DNA of 64,000 nt, taken from the NCBI GenBank assembly GCA_021738485.1, contig JAIPBX010000003.1:1241-65240 (forward strand), read 5' to 3'. Made by a program: the position numbers and the translations under genes. The notes below the pieces were generated by a model, which had not been told where the DNA came from, made no database searches, and saw only the letters and a list, made by a program, of their open reading frames with translations. Origin of the DNA: Bacteroidales bacterium (lineage in GTDB: Bacteria; Bacteroidota; Bacteroidia; Bacteroidales; JAIPAH01). The stretch's first letter is position 1; every line of letters starts with the position of its first letter. This document shows positions 36,003 through 45,858 of this stretch, piece by piece.

Positions 36003-36096
36003 AATTCATTGTATGAAAGTTATCACAAAAATAAAAAGGGATGCGCAAATATCCATTACACATCCCTTTTGTCTTTCTTCCAGCAGTGGGGAAGTT

Positions 36097-36792
36097 TTAT
36101 TCTTCCTTAGATTCGCCTCCTTCTTCGGAGCTGCCTTCAGCTTCGGTACTTTCTGCGCCCTCTTCGCCTTCGGCACCTTCTTCGCCTTCTTCACCTTCTT
36201 CCTCTTCTTCTTCTTCAGGTTCCATATCAGCACCCATAGCAGCCATAGCTTTGGCCGATTTGATGGCGATGACTACAGATGACTGCGGATCGAGGAAAGT
36301 AAGTTTATCGGTTTGCATATCCCTCACTTTAATTGTGTCGTTGATATCCAGTTTGGAAATATCGACTTCAATTTTTTCGGGCAGGTCCTTCAGCAACCCT
36401 TGAACTTTTAGCTTCCGTCGGTTTTTGTATAGTTTTCCACCTTTAGCCAGTCCGGGTGAAGAGCCTACGGCAGTTACCGGTAGCGATGTGCTAAACGGCT
36501 TGTCGTCTGTAATTTCTAAGAAATCAACATGCAAGATGTGGTCGCTTACAGGGTGCCACTGAATATCTTGCACAATGGCATTATATTCCTGCCCGTCTAA
36601 TGCTATTTTGAAATGATATACATTGGGTGACCAGATGTATTTCACCAAAACTTTCTCCTCAACTTTGAACTGTTTTTGTTCCTTTGAGCCCCCGTACATT
36701 ACACATGGGACTAACCCCATAGCACGGTTTTTTTTAGCATCTTTTTTCCCTACGTTCTCTCTTGGAGAACCGCTCAATGATACTGTTTTCAT
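36097..36792 (-). CDS. rplY: 50S ribosomal protein L25 / general stress protein Ctc, with poly-acidic tail
   Basis: 231 aa. An L25/Ctc two-domain body, followed by EPEEEEEEEGEEGEEGAEGEEGAESTEAEGSSEEGGESKEE. Confidence 0.85.
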   Translation of the reverse strand: MKTVSLSGSPRENVGKKDAKKNRAMGLVPCVMYGGSKEQKQFKVEEKVLVKYIWSPNVYHFKIALDGQEYNAIVQDIQWHPVSDHILHVDFLEITDDKPFSTSLPVTAVGSSPGLAKGGKLYKNRRKLKVQGLLKDLPEKIEVDISKLDINDTIKVRDMQTDKLTFLDPQSSVVIAIKSAKAMAAMGADMEPEEEEEEEGEEGEEGAEGEEGAESTEAEGSSEEGGESKEE

Positions 36793-36818
36793 AATTTAAC
36801 GCTTATTTAATTTAATAA

Positions 36819-37781
36819 TCAGACAAATTTATCTTGTCGTTTAATATTTTCAAATTTGAATATCGAGCTAATCGATTCGTCATGACGTACCCTTCTGATC
36901 ACCTCGGCAAAAAGGTCGGCGGTTGTCAGCACTTCTATTTTCGGACTTTCGGTATTTAAGGGGATTGTGTCGGTTACATATACTTTTTCAAAGGGGGAAT
37001 CCTCAAGTCTTTTAATCGCATCTTTAGAAAAGATCGGATGAGTGGCTATGGCCCGTACGCTATTAGCTCCTTTCTCCAGCATCAATTCTGCCGCACGGGT
37101 TATACTCCCCCCCGTATCAATGATATCATCCACCAATACAATGTCTTTCCCTTCAACTTCTCCCACCACTGCCATTGTTTCCACCTCATTGGGTTTAGCA
37201 CGTTGTTTGTAACAAATGATGAAATCTGTTTCGAGGATTTTGGCATAGGCGGCGGCTCTTTTGGTTCCACCGGTATCGGGTGAGGCCATGCTGATACGTG
37301 GTAGCTTTAATTTCCGCAAATGGGGAACAAAAATAGAGGCCGCAAAAAGATGATCAACCGGAAATTCAAAAAATCCCTGAATCTGATCGGCATGAAGATC
37401 CAGGGTAATGATACGGTTTACCCCCGAGGCGGATAACAAATTGGCAATGAGTTTGGAAGCAATTGAAACCCGGGGTCTGTCCTTTCTGTCCTGACGGGCA
37501 AAACCAAAATAGGGAATGACAGCTACAATATTACGGGCCGAAGCTCTTTTGGCTGCGTCAATAATCATTAGCAGTTCAAATAGATTGTCCGTGGGTGCAA
37601 AAGTAGATTGAATGATGAAAATGTCATTACCCCTGATATTTTCTTCAAACGATGGTTGAAACTCCCCGTCCGAAAACTCGGTGACTTTGACATTACCCAA
37701 TCGTTGCCCATAGCTGTGTGCTATTTGCTTTGCTAAATACTTGGTTGCTCTGCCGGCAACAATATTTACCTCATTTGACAT
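36819..37781 (-). CDS. prs: Ribose-phosphate pyrophosphokinase
   Basis: 320 aa. DLHADQIQGFF and VLVDDIIDTGGSI (PRPP loop) motifs. Confidence 0.9.
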   Translation of the reverse strand: MSNEVNIVAGRATKYLAKQIAHSYGQRLGNVKVTEFSDGEFQPSFEENIRGNDIFIIQSTFAPTDNLFELLMIIDAAKRASARNIVAVIPYFGFARQDRKDRPRVSIASKLIANLLSASGVNRIITLDLHADQIQGFFEFPVDHLFAASIFVPHLRKLKLPRISMASPDTGGTKRAAAYAKILETDFIICYKQRAKPNEVETMAVVGEVEGKDIVLVDDIIDTGGSITRAAELMLEKGANSVRAIATHPIFSKDAIKRLEDSPFEKVYVTDTIPLNTESPKIEVLTTADLFAEVIRRVRHDESISSIFKFENIKRQDKFV

Positions 37782-37887
37782 AAGCGGTGGTTTTTGGGCC
37801 CGTTTAAATTTAGGCGCGAAATTACAACTTTATTTTTGTATAACCAATTACAATGATTATCAACCCATAAAATTAGCAAAAACTTTG

Positions 37888-37917
37888 TTTGAAAGTCATT
37901 AAAAATTCATATTTTTG
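37888..37917 (+). promoter_or_regulatory. Promoter for tRNA-Leu (TTTG-N18-TATTTTTG)
   Basis: TTTG at 37888-37891, an 18-nt spacer, then TATTTTTG at 37910-37917. The mature tRNA 5' end is 19 nt downstream of the -7 box. Confidence 0.5.
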
Positions 37918-37935
37918 CACTCGCCAATATGGTAT

Positions 37936-38019
37936 GCCCAGGTGGCGGAACTGGTAGACGCGTTGGTCTCAAAAACCAATGGGGTAATACCCGTGCCGGT
38001 TCGATCCCGGCCCTGGGTA
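37936..38019 (+). tRNA. tRNA-Leu (anticodon CAA), class II with long variable arm; CCA not encoded
   Basis: Hand-folded. Acceptor GCCCAGG/CCTGGGT (G1-U72 wobble). D region GTGGCGGAACTGGTAGACGCG. Anticodon stem TTGGT/ACCAA with loop CTCAAAA. Variable arm TGGGGTAATACCCGT. T arm GCCGG-TTCGATC-CCGGC. Discriminator A. Confidence 0.9.
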
Positions 38020-38021
38020 CA

Positions 38022-38051
38022 AAAGCTTTCTTGAAAAAGAAAGCTTTTTTT
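38022..38051 (+). terminator. Intrinsic terminator after tRNA-Leu
   Basis: 11-bp perfect stem AAAGCTTTCTT (38022-38032) / AAGAAAGCTTT (38037-38047) with loop GAAA, running into a T7 run. Confidence 0.75.
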
Positions 38052-38091
38052 GTATCTTTACAATTTAAATATACGAATACGTTTTTAAAAG

Positions 38092-39723
38092 ATGTCGAAA
38101 ATAAAGATTTATCTCCCTATAGCCATAGCCATAGTTTTGGCTGCCGGTATTTGTCTGGGCTACAACATGAAAACAGGGCAGTCGGATTCCGGGCAGATAC
38201 TACGCCTCGGAAGGGGGAAAAGCAAGGTTTCTACCGTTCTGGATTATGTCAAAAAAGATTATGTTGATTCGGTTAAGACCAGTAAATTAGAGACCAAGGC
38301 AATTAAAGAGATATTGTCTGACCTGGACCCTCATTCTCAATATATTGCATCTGAAGAATTTAATGATGTGAATGATCCTTTAAAGGGAAACTTCGAAGGA
38401 ATCGGTGTGCAATTCCGCATTGAGAAAGATACGGTGATGATTATTCGCGCGATTAGTGGCGGTCCATCCGAAAAAGTGGGTATTCGTGGTGGTGACCGGA
38501 TTGTCACTATTGAAGGGGATACCGTGGCCGGTGTTGGCATATCGAATGATGAGATTATTAACCGGCTTAAAGGAGAAAAAGGGACCAAAGTACAAGTAGG
38601 GATATTTCGCCGGGGTGTGGATGATCTGGTACACTTTACGATTACACGTGACGTTATACCGACTTATAGTGTAGACATCTCATTTATGCCTACCGATTCG
38701 ACTGGATATATAAAATTAAGCAAATTCTCGGCTACTAGCTACAAAGAGGTGAAGAAAGCCCTGACAAAGCTCAATGATCGGGGCATGAATAATTTAATCC
38801 TTGATTTACGTTCTAATGCAGGAGGCTATTTGCAATCGGCCATAAAGTTAACCGATGAGTTTTTAAAAGATGAACAGCTTATTGTTTATACGGAGGGACG
38901 AAATCGTCCTAAGAAACATGCATATGCCACCGGCAAAGGAGCTTTTGAAGAACAGGATCTGGTGATATTGATAGACGAAGGTTCTGCCTCCGCCAGTGAA
39001 ATTCTTGCCGGAGCTGTGCAGGATAATGACAGAGGACTGATTATTGGGCGGCGTTCTTTTGGTAAAGGCCTTGTGCAGGAACAAAAGCGCCTTAAAGATG
39101 GGTCTGCCGTGCGTCTTACCGTGGCTCGTTATCATACTCCTACAGGAAGGTGCATCCAGCGGCCTTATGAGGAAGACCGAAAAGAATATTATCATGATAT
39201 CTATGACCGCTGGAAAAACGGTGAGCTGGAATCACCGGATAGTATCCGGTTTAATGATTCTCTTAAATATCAAACTCCGGCGGGAAGAACAGTTTATGGC
39301 GGCGGCGGTATTATGCCCGATATTTTTGTATCAATAGAAGAAGAACGGACGAATGATTATATCGGAGATTTGATGCAGAAAGGGGTTTTTTACCGGTTTG
39401 CTTTTGATTATGCCGATAGAAACAGGCAGAAGCTTAAAGAGTATGATTCGGCTCAGGATTATATTAAGGAGTTTACCGTGGACGCTGAGTTGTTAGAGAA
39501 ATTTTTTCAAAATGCCAAAGAATCAGGGGTCCCCAAAAACGATCAGTTATACGAAGAGTCCCTCCCGGAGATTAAGAATTTGCTGAAAGCCTTGATAGGG
39601 CGTAATATTTTTGACAATGAAGGGTTTTATCCGGTTTATTTAAAAACAGACAGTATTTTTCAAAAAGCCCTGAGAACTGTGCAAAAGGATGTTGAGGCAG
39701 TTATGAAAAAGAAAGCTTCATAA
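38092..39723 (+). CDS. S41 family C-terminal processing peptidase
   Basis: 543 aa. N-terminal TM. PDZ block (GIGVQFRIEKDTVMIIRAISGGPSEKVGIRGGDRIV). LILDLRSNAGGYL. Catalytic GSASASEILAGA and GRRSFGKGLVQ. Confidence 0.85.
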   Translation: MSKIKIYLPIAIAIVLAAGICLGYNMKTGQSDSGQILRLGRGKSKVSTVLDYVKKDYVDSVKTSKLETKAIKEILSDLDPHSQYIASEEFNDVNDPLKGNFEGIGVQFRIEKDTVMIIRAISGGPSEKVGIRGGDRIVTIEGDTVAGVGISNDEIINRLKGEKGTKVQVGIFRRGVDDLVHFTITRDVIPTYSVDISFMPTDSTGYIKLSKFSATSYKEVKKALTKLNDRGMNNLILDLRSNAGGYLQSAIKLTDEFLKDEQLIVYTEGRNRPKKHAYATGKGAFEEQDLVILIDEGSASASEILAGAVQDNDRGLIIGRRSFGKGLVQEQKRLKDGSAVRLTVARYHTPTGRCIQRPYEEDRKEYYHDIYDRWKNGELESPDSIRFNDSLKYQTPAGRTVYGGGGIMPDIFVSIEEERTNDYIGDLMQKGVFYRFAFDYADRNRQKLKEYDSAQDYIKEFTVDAELLEKFFQNAKESGVPKNDQLYEESLPEIKNLLKALIGRNIFDNEGFYPVYLKTDSIFQKALRTVQKDVEAVMKKKAS

Positions 39724-39790
39724 TAGTTGAATTTCTTAGCCATATATATTATATTTGTTTAAAAGTAGTATAAACCAAAATAAACAAATT

Positions 39791-40366
39791 ATGGCTTTTG
39801 AATTACCATCACTACCATTTGATCAAAAAGCGCTGGAACCGCTTATTTCTGAGCAAACCGTGTTTTATCATTACGAAAAACATCACAAAACTTACGTAGA
39901 GAAAACTAACAAACAGGTCGAAGGAACAACGTTCGCAAATGCTTCCCTGGAAACCATTATCAAAGAAGCTGATGGTGGTATCTATAACAATGGGGCACAG
40001 ACCTGGAATCACACGTTTTACTGGAACTCCCTGGACCCGGATGGCGGCGGTAAGCCATCGGGTGATCTGTTAAGAATGATTGAACGGGATTTCGGTTCTT
40101 TTGAAGAATTTAAAACCCAATTTACCAATTCCGCCACAACGTTGTTTGGATCCGGATGGATATGGCTGGCATTAACACAGGAAGGGAAGCTAACGGTACT
40201 TCAAAAAAGCAATGCCGGTAACCCCTTGCGCGACGGAATGACGCCACTTCTTACCTGCGATGTATGGGAACATGCCTATTACCTGGACCGCCAAAACCGG
40301 AAACCGGAATATGTGGATGCTTTTTGGAAACTTGTTAACTGGAATGCAGTAGTGAACAGGTTGTAA
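39791..40366 (+). CDS. sodB: Superoxide dismutase, Fe/Mn family (Fe-type signature)
   Basis: The track ORF begins at a TTG at 39755. The ATG at 39791 gives MAFELPSLPFDQKALEP. AQTWNHTFYW and DVWEHAYYLDRQNRKPEY motifs. Confidence 0.9.
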   Translation: MAFELPSLPFDQKALEPLISEQTVFYHYEKHHKTYVEKTNKQVEGTTFANASLETIIKEADGGIYNNGAQTWNHTFYWNSLDPDGGGKPSGDLLRMIERDFGSFEEFKTQFTNSATTLFGSGWIWLALTQEGKLTVLQKSNAGNPLRDGMTPLLTCDVWEHAYYLDRQNRKPEYVDAFWKLVNWNAVVNRL

Positions 40367-40388
40367 TAACTAATGAATTACCAGAAAG

Positions 40389-40428
40389 AAAACGGGAAAT
40401 TGCCTCAAGGCAATTTCCCGTTTTTTTT
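40389..40428. terminator. Bidirectional intrinsic terminator between sodB and glmS
   Basis: 16-bp perfect stem AAAACGGGAAATTGCC (40389-40404) / GGCAATTTCCCGTTTT (40409-40424) with loop TCAA. T-run to 40428 on the plus strand and an A/T-run mirrored on the minus strand. Confidence 0.8.
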
Positions 40429-40439
40429 CTTTGTTTGTT

Positions 40440-42281
40440 TTATTCTACGGTGACTGATTTCGCCAGGTTTCGGGGTTGGTCAACATTACAACCCCTCAGC
40501 AGCGCAATATGATAGGAGAGAAGTTGTAGCGGGATCGTGTTTACTAATGGATCAAGCACTTTGTGAGTAGAAGGCACTTCAATAGTATAGTCGGCAATTT
40601 CTTTTATGGATGTGTCTCCCTGGGGAACCACAGCAATTATCACGCCTTTACGTGCCTTAATTTCCTGGATATTGCTGATCACTTTGTCATAAATGCTTTT
40701 GTTAGTACCAATTACCACTGTCGGCATTTCTTCGTCAATTAAAGCGATGGGGCCATGTTTCATTTCAGCCGCCGGATAACCTTCTGCATGTATGTATGAA
40801 ATTTCCTTAAGCTTCAGTGCTCCCTCGAGGGCAACAGGGAAATTATAGCCGCGGCCGAGATAAAGGAAGTTCCGGCTATCCTGAAACTTCATGGCGATAT
40901 CTTTGACAATATCATTCGATTGCAGGGCTTGCTCTATCTTCGAAGGAATGTTATACATTTCTTGTACGATTTGCTGATAGCTTGAGGCACTGATAGATCC
41001 TTTGAGCTTAGCAATACGCAGAGCCATTAGGGATAGGACCGTGACTTGCGCGGTGAAAGCTTTTGTAGAAGCCACGCCTATTTCCGGTCCGGCATGGGTA
41101 TATGTCCCGGCATGGGTGGCCCGCGCAATCGACGAACCTACTACGTTGCAAATGCCAAGGATCGTGGCTCCTTTTGACCGTGCCAACTCAATAGCCGCAA
41201 GCGTATCGGCTGTTTCGCCTGACTGGGAGATAGCTATAACGATATCTTCTTCCCCGAGGATAGGGTCGCGGTATCGGAACTCAGAGGCATATTCCACTTC
41301 AACCGGCACGCGGGCGAGCTCCTCAAAGATATACTCCCCAACAAGGCCAGCATGCCAAGAGGTTCCGCAGGCTATAATAATAATGCGTTTGGCGGCCACC
41401 ATTTTCTGCTCATAATCAAGGATACCACCAAGGCGCACCTGCCAGTTTTCAGGGTTTAAACGACCTCGCATACTGTCAAGGATGGATTGGGGCTGTTCGT
41501 AGATTTCTTTTAGCATAAAATGATCATACCCTTGCTTTTCCAGGGCACTGAGATTCATTTCAAGCTCCTGCACATATGGTGTTTTTGATTTATTGCGAAT
41601 GGTCTTGATTTGCAGGCTTTCTCCTTTTTTAACAATAGCGATTTCTTCGTCCTCAAGATAAACCACACGTTTGGTGTGTTCCACAATAGGTGTGGCATCG
41701 GAGGCCAGGAAAAAATCATCATCTTTTCCAATACCCACAACCAAGGGACTGCCTTTACGAGCTGCGATCAGCATGTCGGGGTGCGCTTCGGAGGCTATGA
41801 CAATAGCATAAGCTCCGACGATATTGTTGAGTGCAATGCGTACGGCTTCCGTCAGATCCACTTTTTCTTTATCCTGAATATCTTCAATAAGATTAACCAG
41901 AACTTCACTATCCGTATCGCTTTGGAATGTATATCCCCGGTTGATCAATTCTTTTTTAAGAGGGGAATAATTTTCAATAATCCCGTTGTGAACGATCGAA
42001 AGCCCCATAGAATTGGAGGTATGCGGGTGGGCATTTGTATTATTGGGTTCTCCGTGGGTAGCCCATCTTGTGTGTGCTATACCTGTATGACCGCTTATGT
42101 CTTTTCCTGAAAGATATTCTTCCAGAACCGAAACTTTTCCCTTTTGTTTGTATTGTTTTACACCATGATTTACAAGTGTAATACCAGCACTGTCGTAACC
42201 GCGATATTCAAGGCGATGGAGGCCATTGATTAATACCGGGTAAGCTTGTTTATTTCCAACGTAACCTACTATTCCACACAT
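40440..42281 (-). CDS. glmS: Glutamine--fructose-6-phosphate aminotransferase
   Basis: 613 aa. Starts MCGIVGY (N-terminal Cys nucleophile). Two SIS domains. Ends AKSVTVE. Confidence 0.95.
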   Translation of the reverse strand: MCGIVGYVGNKQAYPVLINGLHRLEYRGYDSAGITLVNHGVKQYKQKGKVSVLEEYLSGKDISGHTGIAHTRWATHGEPNNTNAHPHTSNSMGLSIVHNGIIENYSPLKKELINRGYTFQSDTDSEVLVNLIEDIQDKEKVDLTEAVRIALNNIVGAYAIVIASEAHPDMLIAARKGSPLVVGIGKDDDFFLASDATPIVEHTKRVVYLEDEEIAIVKKGESLQIKTIRNKSKTPYVQELEMNLSALEKQGYDHFMLKEIYEQPQSILDSMRGRLNPENWQVRLGGILDYEQKMVAAKRIIIIACGTSWHAGLVGEYIFEELARVPVEVEYASEFRYRDPILGEEDIVIAISQSGETADTLAAIELARSKGATILGICNVVGSSIARATHAGTYTHAGPEIGVASTKAFTAQVTVLSLMALRIAKLKGSISASSYQQIVQEMYNIPSKIEQALQSNDIVKDIAMKFQDSRNFLYLGRGYNFPVALEGALKLKEISYIHAEGYPAAEMKHGPIALIDEEMPTVVIGTNKSIYDKVISNIQEIKARKGVIIAVVPQGDTSIKEIADYTIEVPSTHKVLDPLVNTIPLQLLSYHIALLRGCNVDQPRNLAKSVTVE

Positions 42282-42381
42282 AATTTGGTAAGATTTTATG
42301 TTTTTTCAAATATAGGGATTAATCTTCCTTTATTAAAGAAAGATTAGTACAAAGATTGAAATTTTCCGTGAAAGAAAAAAA

Positions 42382-43767
42382 CTATTCGACTTTTGTGTAA
42401 AGTATTTTCAGTTTCATTTTTCGCCCGGAAGCTTTCGGCCCCTTTAACACTGCATGATTAGCTTTGTTCATACTGTTAGGAATCGTTAGGAGCAAGGTTT
42501 TTGATTTTTCCGAACCTTGAATGGCTCTTTGCAGGTATCTTGAAATCCTGAATTGGTAGTGGTTATCAGCTTCATTATAGAAGCCGCCAAAATAGGCATC
42601 CCCTTCACTGTTGTCCGGTAGTAGTTCCACACCTCCCTCGATTGTGCGCAACAAGAGATTCAATTTATCCGGAGGACCAAAAATGGATTGATTTTCTACC
42701 GGAAATTGAAGAAAGGCATTGTTAATGGCGATTTTTCCTTTTAATTCCTGTAAATGCGGTAAACGGATTGTGGTTTGTATGCCGGCCATGGCCTGCAGGA
42801 ATACCCGTTGATTACCAAGTGTAGTGTCTCCATTAATTACCTGTTGTCGGAAAGAAGCAGATGCTTCTTCATAATTGTTATGGGTGTAATAATCCGTTCG
42901 TGGTGTATTGGCAAAAATTTGGTATTCATAAGAAGATGTATCACTGTCGTTATGGTAATACAGGGTGAGTTTCGATAGGGGGGAATTCATACCAATGTAA
43001 GAAATAGAACCACTTCCCGGCTCATTTACAGGATTAGCTTTAACGTACAGACCTTTAAAAAACTCCTTAAAAGATTCGTTGTCTTCCATATCGCTATCGG
43101 TCGCATTAACAAGCTTATCAGCTAATGAACCATCCAGATTGATGCGAATGTGAGGCGCTCTCAGTGCTGTATCTACCATTACCGAATCTTTCGGTTTTGG
43201 GATGAAAGAGAAATTATCAGATAATTCGACGGATTCATGATTAAAAGTTTGATTCGAATAGTAGGAGGTATCCTCGATTCGCTCGGAGAGCTCGTAGACC
43301 TCAAGATTTTGAGGAGTTACCGTATCACCATAGTGTTTTTTGTAAGCCAGGGAGAGCACTAATGAATCCACCACCGGGTTGTTACCGAAATCGTAGGTCG
43401 CTTCTGTCATAGCAAAAGAGGTGTAAAAATCCGATCGACTGATACCAAAATCCGTATCATAATAGGAGCCGATCAAGGTGAATTCCGATTCATCCGTTCT
43501 TATTGAATCCAACCTTGTGGAATGAGCATGAATGGTAAGCGTGTCCGTAGATTTAATTTCCAGTTCATTATCACCGGGTTGCACATTTAGTCCAATCTCA
43601 CTAGGCTCTTCTTCACATCCCGCAATTAATGAAACAATGGCCGCTACCAACAGGGCCTTAATCACATATCTATTCAATATAACTTCCTTTATAATTCTAC
43701 AATAAAATCCGACGCAATAGTACAAATTCTTAGAGTAACGGCAATTAGCTTTCAAGGATTTTATCAT
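42382..43767 (-). CDS. Lipoprotein, DUF4270-like
   Basis: 461-aa ORF. The first ~30 aa overlap the upstream gene and precede a lipobox (ALLVAAIVSLIAGC), so the true start is probably a TTG/GTG near 43680. The DUF4270 call rests on recalled synteny (GlgA-like gene upstream, glmS downstream) and on size. Confidence 0.45.
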   Translation of the reverse strand: MIKSLKANCRYSKNLYYCVGFYCRIIKEVILNRYVIKALLVAAIVSLIAGCEEEPSEIGLNVQPGDNELEIKSTDTLTIHAHSTRLDSIRTDESEFTLIGSYYDTDFGISRSDFYTSFAMTEATYDFGNNPVVDSLVLSLAYKKHYGDTVTPQNLEVYELSERIEDTSYYSNQTFNHESVELSDNFSFIPKPKDSVMVDTALRAPHIRINLDGSLADKLVNATDSDMEDNESFKEFFKGLYVKANPVNEPGSGSISYIGMNSPLSKLTLYYHNDSDTSSYEYQIFANTPRTDYYTHNNYEEASASFRQQVINGDTTLGNQRVFLQAMAGIQTTIRLPHLQELKGKIAINNAFLQFPVENQSIFGPPDKLNLLLRTIEGGVELLPDNSEGDAYFGGFYNEADNHYQFRISRYLQRAIQGSEKSKTLLLTIPNSMNKANHAVLKGPKASGRKMKLKILYTKVE

Positions 43768-44560
43768 AAAAATCGTTAAAAGCAGGTACGTATTGTTTCA
43801 TTTCATCTCCCTGATAATCCAGAAAGGGTTTCCCGGAGTCTTTTGCTGCTTTTTCCACTTCACTGTCAATAGATTCCGAGCCTTTGATAAGGGCGTCCGA
43901 ATGCTGAATTGCCCCTTTCATCAGATTTTGGTAATCGGGGGTTTTATAAATCTTAAGGTCATCCTCGGTTATGCCGTCCAGTTTGATTTTGCGTGGAAAT
44001 TTTTCATTTAGCTTTTCCTCAAAAGCATCATCATATAAGGAGCAAATCACTTTTGTATCCGAAAAGAGCGGGTTATCTTTAAAGGCCTTTTTTACGTATA
44101 AGGGGATAAGGCTTGCCATCCATCCATGGCAATGAATAATATCCGGAGCCCATCCGAGTTTTTTGACAGTTTCAAGAACGCCCCGGTTGAAAAATACAGT
44201 CCGCTCGTCATTGTCTTCGAAGAAATTGCCGTTTTTATCTCTAATAATGGCTTTTCGATGGAAATAATCTTCATTATCAATGAAATAAACCTGCATGCGG
44301 GCAGATTGGATAGAGGCAACTTTTATGATTAAGGGGCGGTCTGTGTCGTCAATGATAAGATTCATTCCTGAAAGACGAATAACTTCATGGAGTTGATTTC
44401 TTCTCTCGTTTATACTTCCAAATCGAGGCATGAAAGTTCGGATTTCTTTGCCTTTTTCCTGAATACCCTGTGGCAAATAGCGTCCTGTTTTGCTCATGTG
44501 GTTTTCTTTGAGATAAGGCATGATTTCTTGCGATACGAATAATACTCTTGCTTTTTTCAT
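43745..44560 (-). CDS. Short glycogen/starch-synthase-like protein (GT5 N-terminal half only)
   Basis: 271 aa. VLFVSQEIMPYLKENHMSKTGRYLPQGIQEKGKEIRTFMPRFG and DIIHCHGWMASLIPLY resemble the GlgA N-domain. No C-terminal Rossmann half. Confidence 0.6.
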   Translation of the reverse strand: MKKARVLFVSQEIMPYLKENHMSKTGRYLPQGIQEKGKEIRTFMPRFGSINERRNQLHEVIRLSGMNLIIDDTDRPLIIKVASIQSARMQVYFIDNEDYFHRKAIIRDKNGNFFEDNDERTVFFNRGVLETVKKLGWAPDIIHCHGWMASLIPLYVKKAFKDNPLFSDTKVICSLYDDAFEEKLNEKFPRKIKLDGITEDDLKIYKTPDYQNLMKGAIQHSDALIKGSESIDSEVEKAAKDSGKPFLDYQGDEMKQYVPAFNDFYDKILES

Positions 44561-44663
44561 CGGTACAAATTTTAGGCTTCACACTAAGAACGAGATGCAA
44601 ATGTAGGAAAAATCAAGCTAATATTCAATTTAAAAGAGATCTGATGTTCTTTGAGTCATGAGA

Positions 44664-45575
44664 TTATTTTTTTATGAATAAAGCTTTAATGATGTGAGAT
44701 GCCATTTTAGGATTTTCTTTAAGCCGGCGGGTCGAATAACCAAACCATTTTTCCCCGTAAGGAACATAAACTCGCATTTTATGTCCTTTGTTTACTATTT
44801 CCTGCCTCAAATGGGGGGTTACTCCATAAAGCATTTGAAATTCATGCATGTTTTGGGGAACCTGATATTTTTCGATTAATTCATAGGCTTTTTCAATGAG
44901 TGGCCTGTCATGCGTAGCTATGGCAGTATAAAACTTATTTTTCAACAAAAAGTCCATTTGCTCTACAAAATGCTTGTTGATGTTTTCATAGCCTTTGTAA
45001 GCGATTTCCGCAGGTTCAGTATAAATTCCTTTGCAAAGTCTGATGTTTAATGGGTGTTCCGACGTATTTAAATCCATAAGATTTTTGATGTCATCCAGCG
45101 TACGTTTCATATAGGACTGGAACACAATTCCTACATTTTCAGGGAATTCCTGCTTAAGCCTTCTGAAAAGTTCAATTTCAAGATCTGTACAGGAGGAGTC
45201 CTCCATGTCAACCCGTATAAAATTGCCATAGGAAGCAGCCTTTTTGATGACTTCCTTGAGATGCTGGTAGCAAACTTCTTTATCGATGAGTAATCCAAAA
45301 AATGTAGGCTTGATGGAGTAGTTTCCCTGGATATTGTTTTTTTCGGCAGTATCTATAATTTCAATATAAGCATCTTTATTTGCTTTAGCTTCGTCGAGGT
45401 TTGTAATAAACTCTCCCAGTAAATCAAGAGTAACCAATAGCCCCTGGCTATTCAGGTTCTTTGATTCCTGGATGGCATCATCTAATGTTTTTCCTGCAAT
45501 GTATTTTTTTGAGAAAAGCCATACGAAGGATTTGGGCATATATGGCAGAATAGCTGCAATTAGTTTGTTAAACAT
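44664..45575 (-). CDS. Proline dehydrogenase (monofunctional PutA-type PRODH barrel)
   Basis: The track ORF starts at 45650. I prefer MFNKLIAAILPYMPKSFVWLFSKKYIAGKTLDDAI at 45575. Blocks VTLDLLGE, IRLCKGIY, IATHD and YVPYGEKWFGYSTRRLKENP are PRODH-like. Confidence 0.75.
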   Translation of the reverse strand: MFNKLIAAILPYMPKSFVWLFSKKYIAGKTLDDAIQESKNLNSQGLLVTLDLLGEFITNLDEAKANKDAYIEIIDTAEKNNIQGNYSIKPTFFGLLIDKEVCYQHLKEVIKKAASYGNFIRVDMEDSSCTDLEIELFRRLKQEFPENVGIVFQSYMKRTLDDIKNLMDLNTSEHPLNIRLCKGIYTEPAEIAYKGYENINKHFVEQMDFLLKNKFYTAIATHDRPLIEKAYELIEKYQVPQNMHEFQMLYGVTPHLRQEIVNKGHKMRVYVPYGEKWFGYSTRRLKENPKMASHIIKALFIKK

Positions 45576-45858
45576 AATACGCTGTTTTAAATTGTTTGAT
45601 CCAATTTGTTTGTTATTGTAATTACAAGCAAATTTATGTTTTTTTTTCAATATTTGAAAACTTCTATATGTTATTCTTGTTCCGGGTCTTTTAGGAATTG
45701 TTGAAGATTTATATGCCCTTATGCCTGAGTTTTCCCAATAAAACTTATTTTAAATGAAAATAAATTAGTTTCCTGATATAGGAAGGCTTTGAATATGATA
45801 TATATTTGTCTGTTATTAAACTAACAATGTTTTTATTTAAACAATAAACATTTTTCGT

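Noticed and set aside
36006-36403. Lys-rich 75-aa, Ser/Pro-rich 120-aa and 115-aa ORFs around the end of rplY.
   Set aside because: They are alternative-frame or opposite-strand readings of the GAA/GAG-rich tract that encodes the acidic tail of L25.
37929-38267. 112-aa ORF starting inside tRNA-Leu.
   Set aside because: It overlaps a cleanly folding tRNA, its terminator and the start of the S41 peptidase gene. It is spurious.
41002-42110. 137-aa and 166-aa plus-strand ORFs inside glmS. Similar antisense ORFs occur inside porZ (12689-13165), glyQS (34336-35376), plsX (49912-50755), the U32 gene (53481-54071), the ClC gene (56241-56795), the BtuF-like gene (62853-63404) and paralog 3 (29471-29911).
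   Set aside because: All lie antisense to strongly supported genes and lack recognisable motifs. They are typical shadow ORFs.
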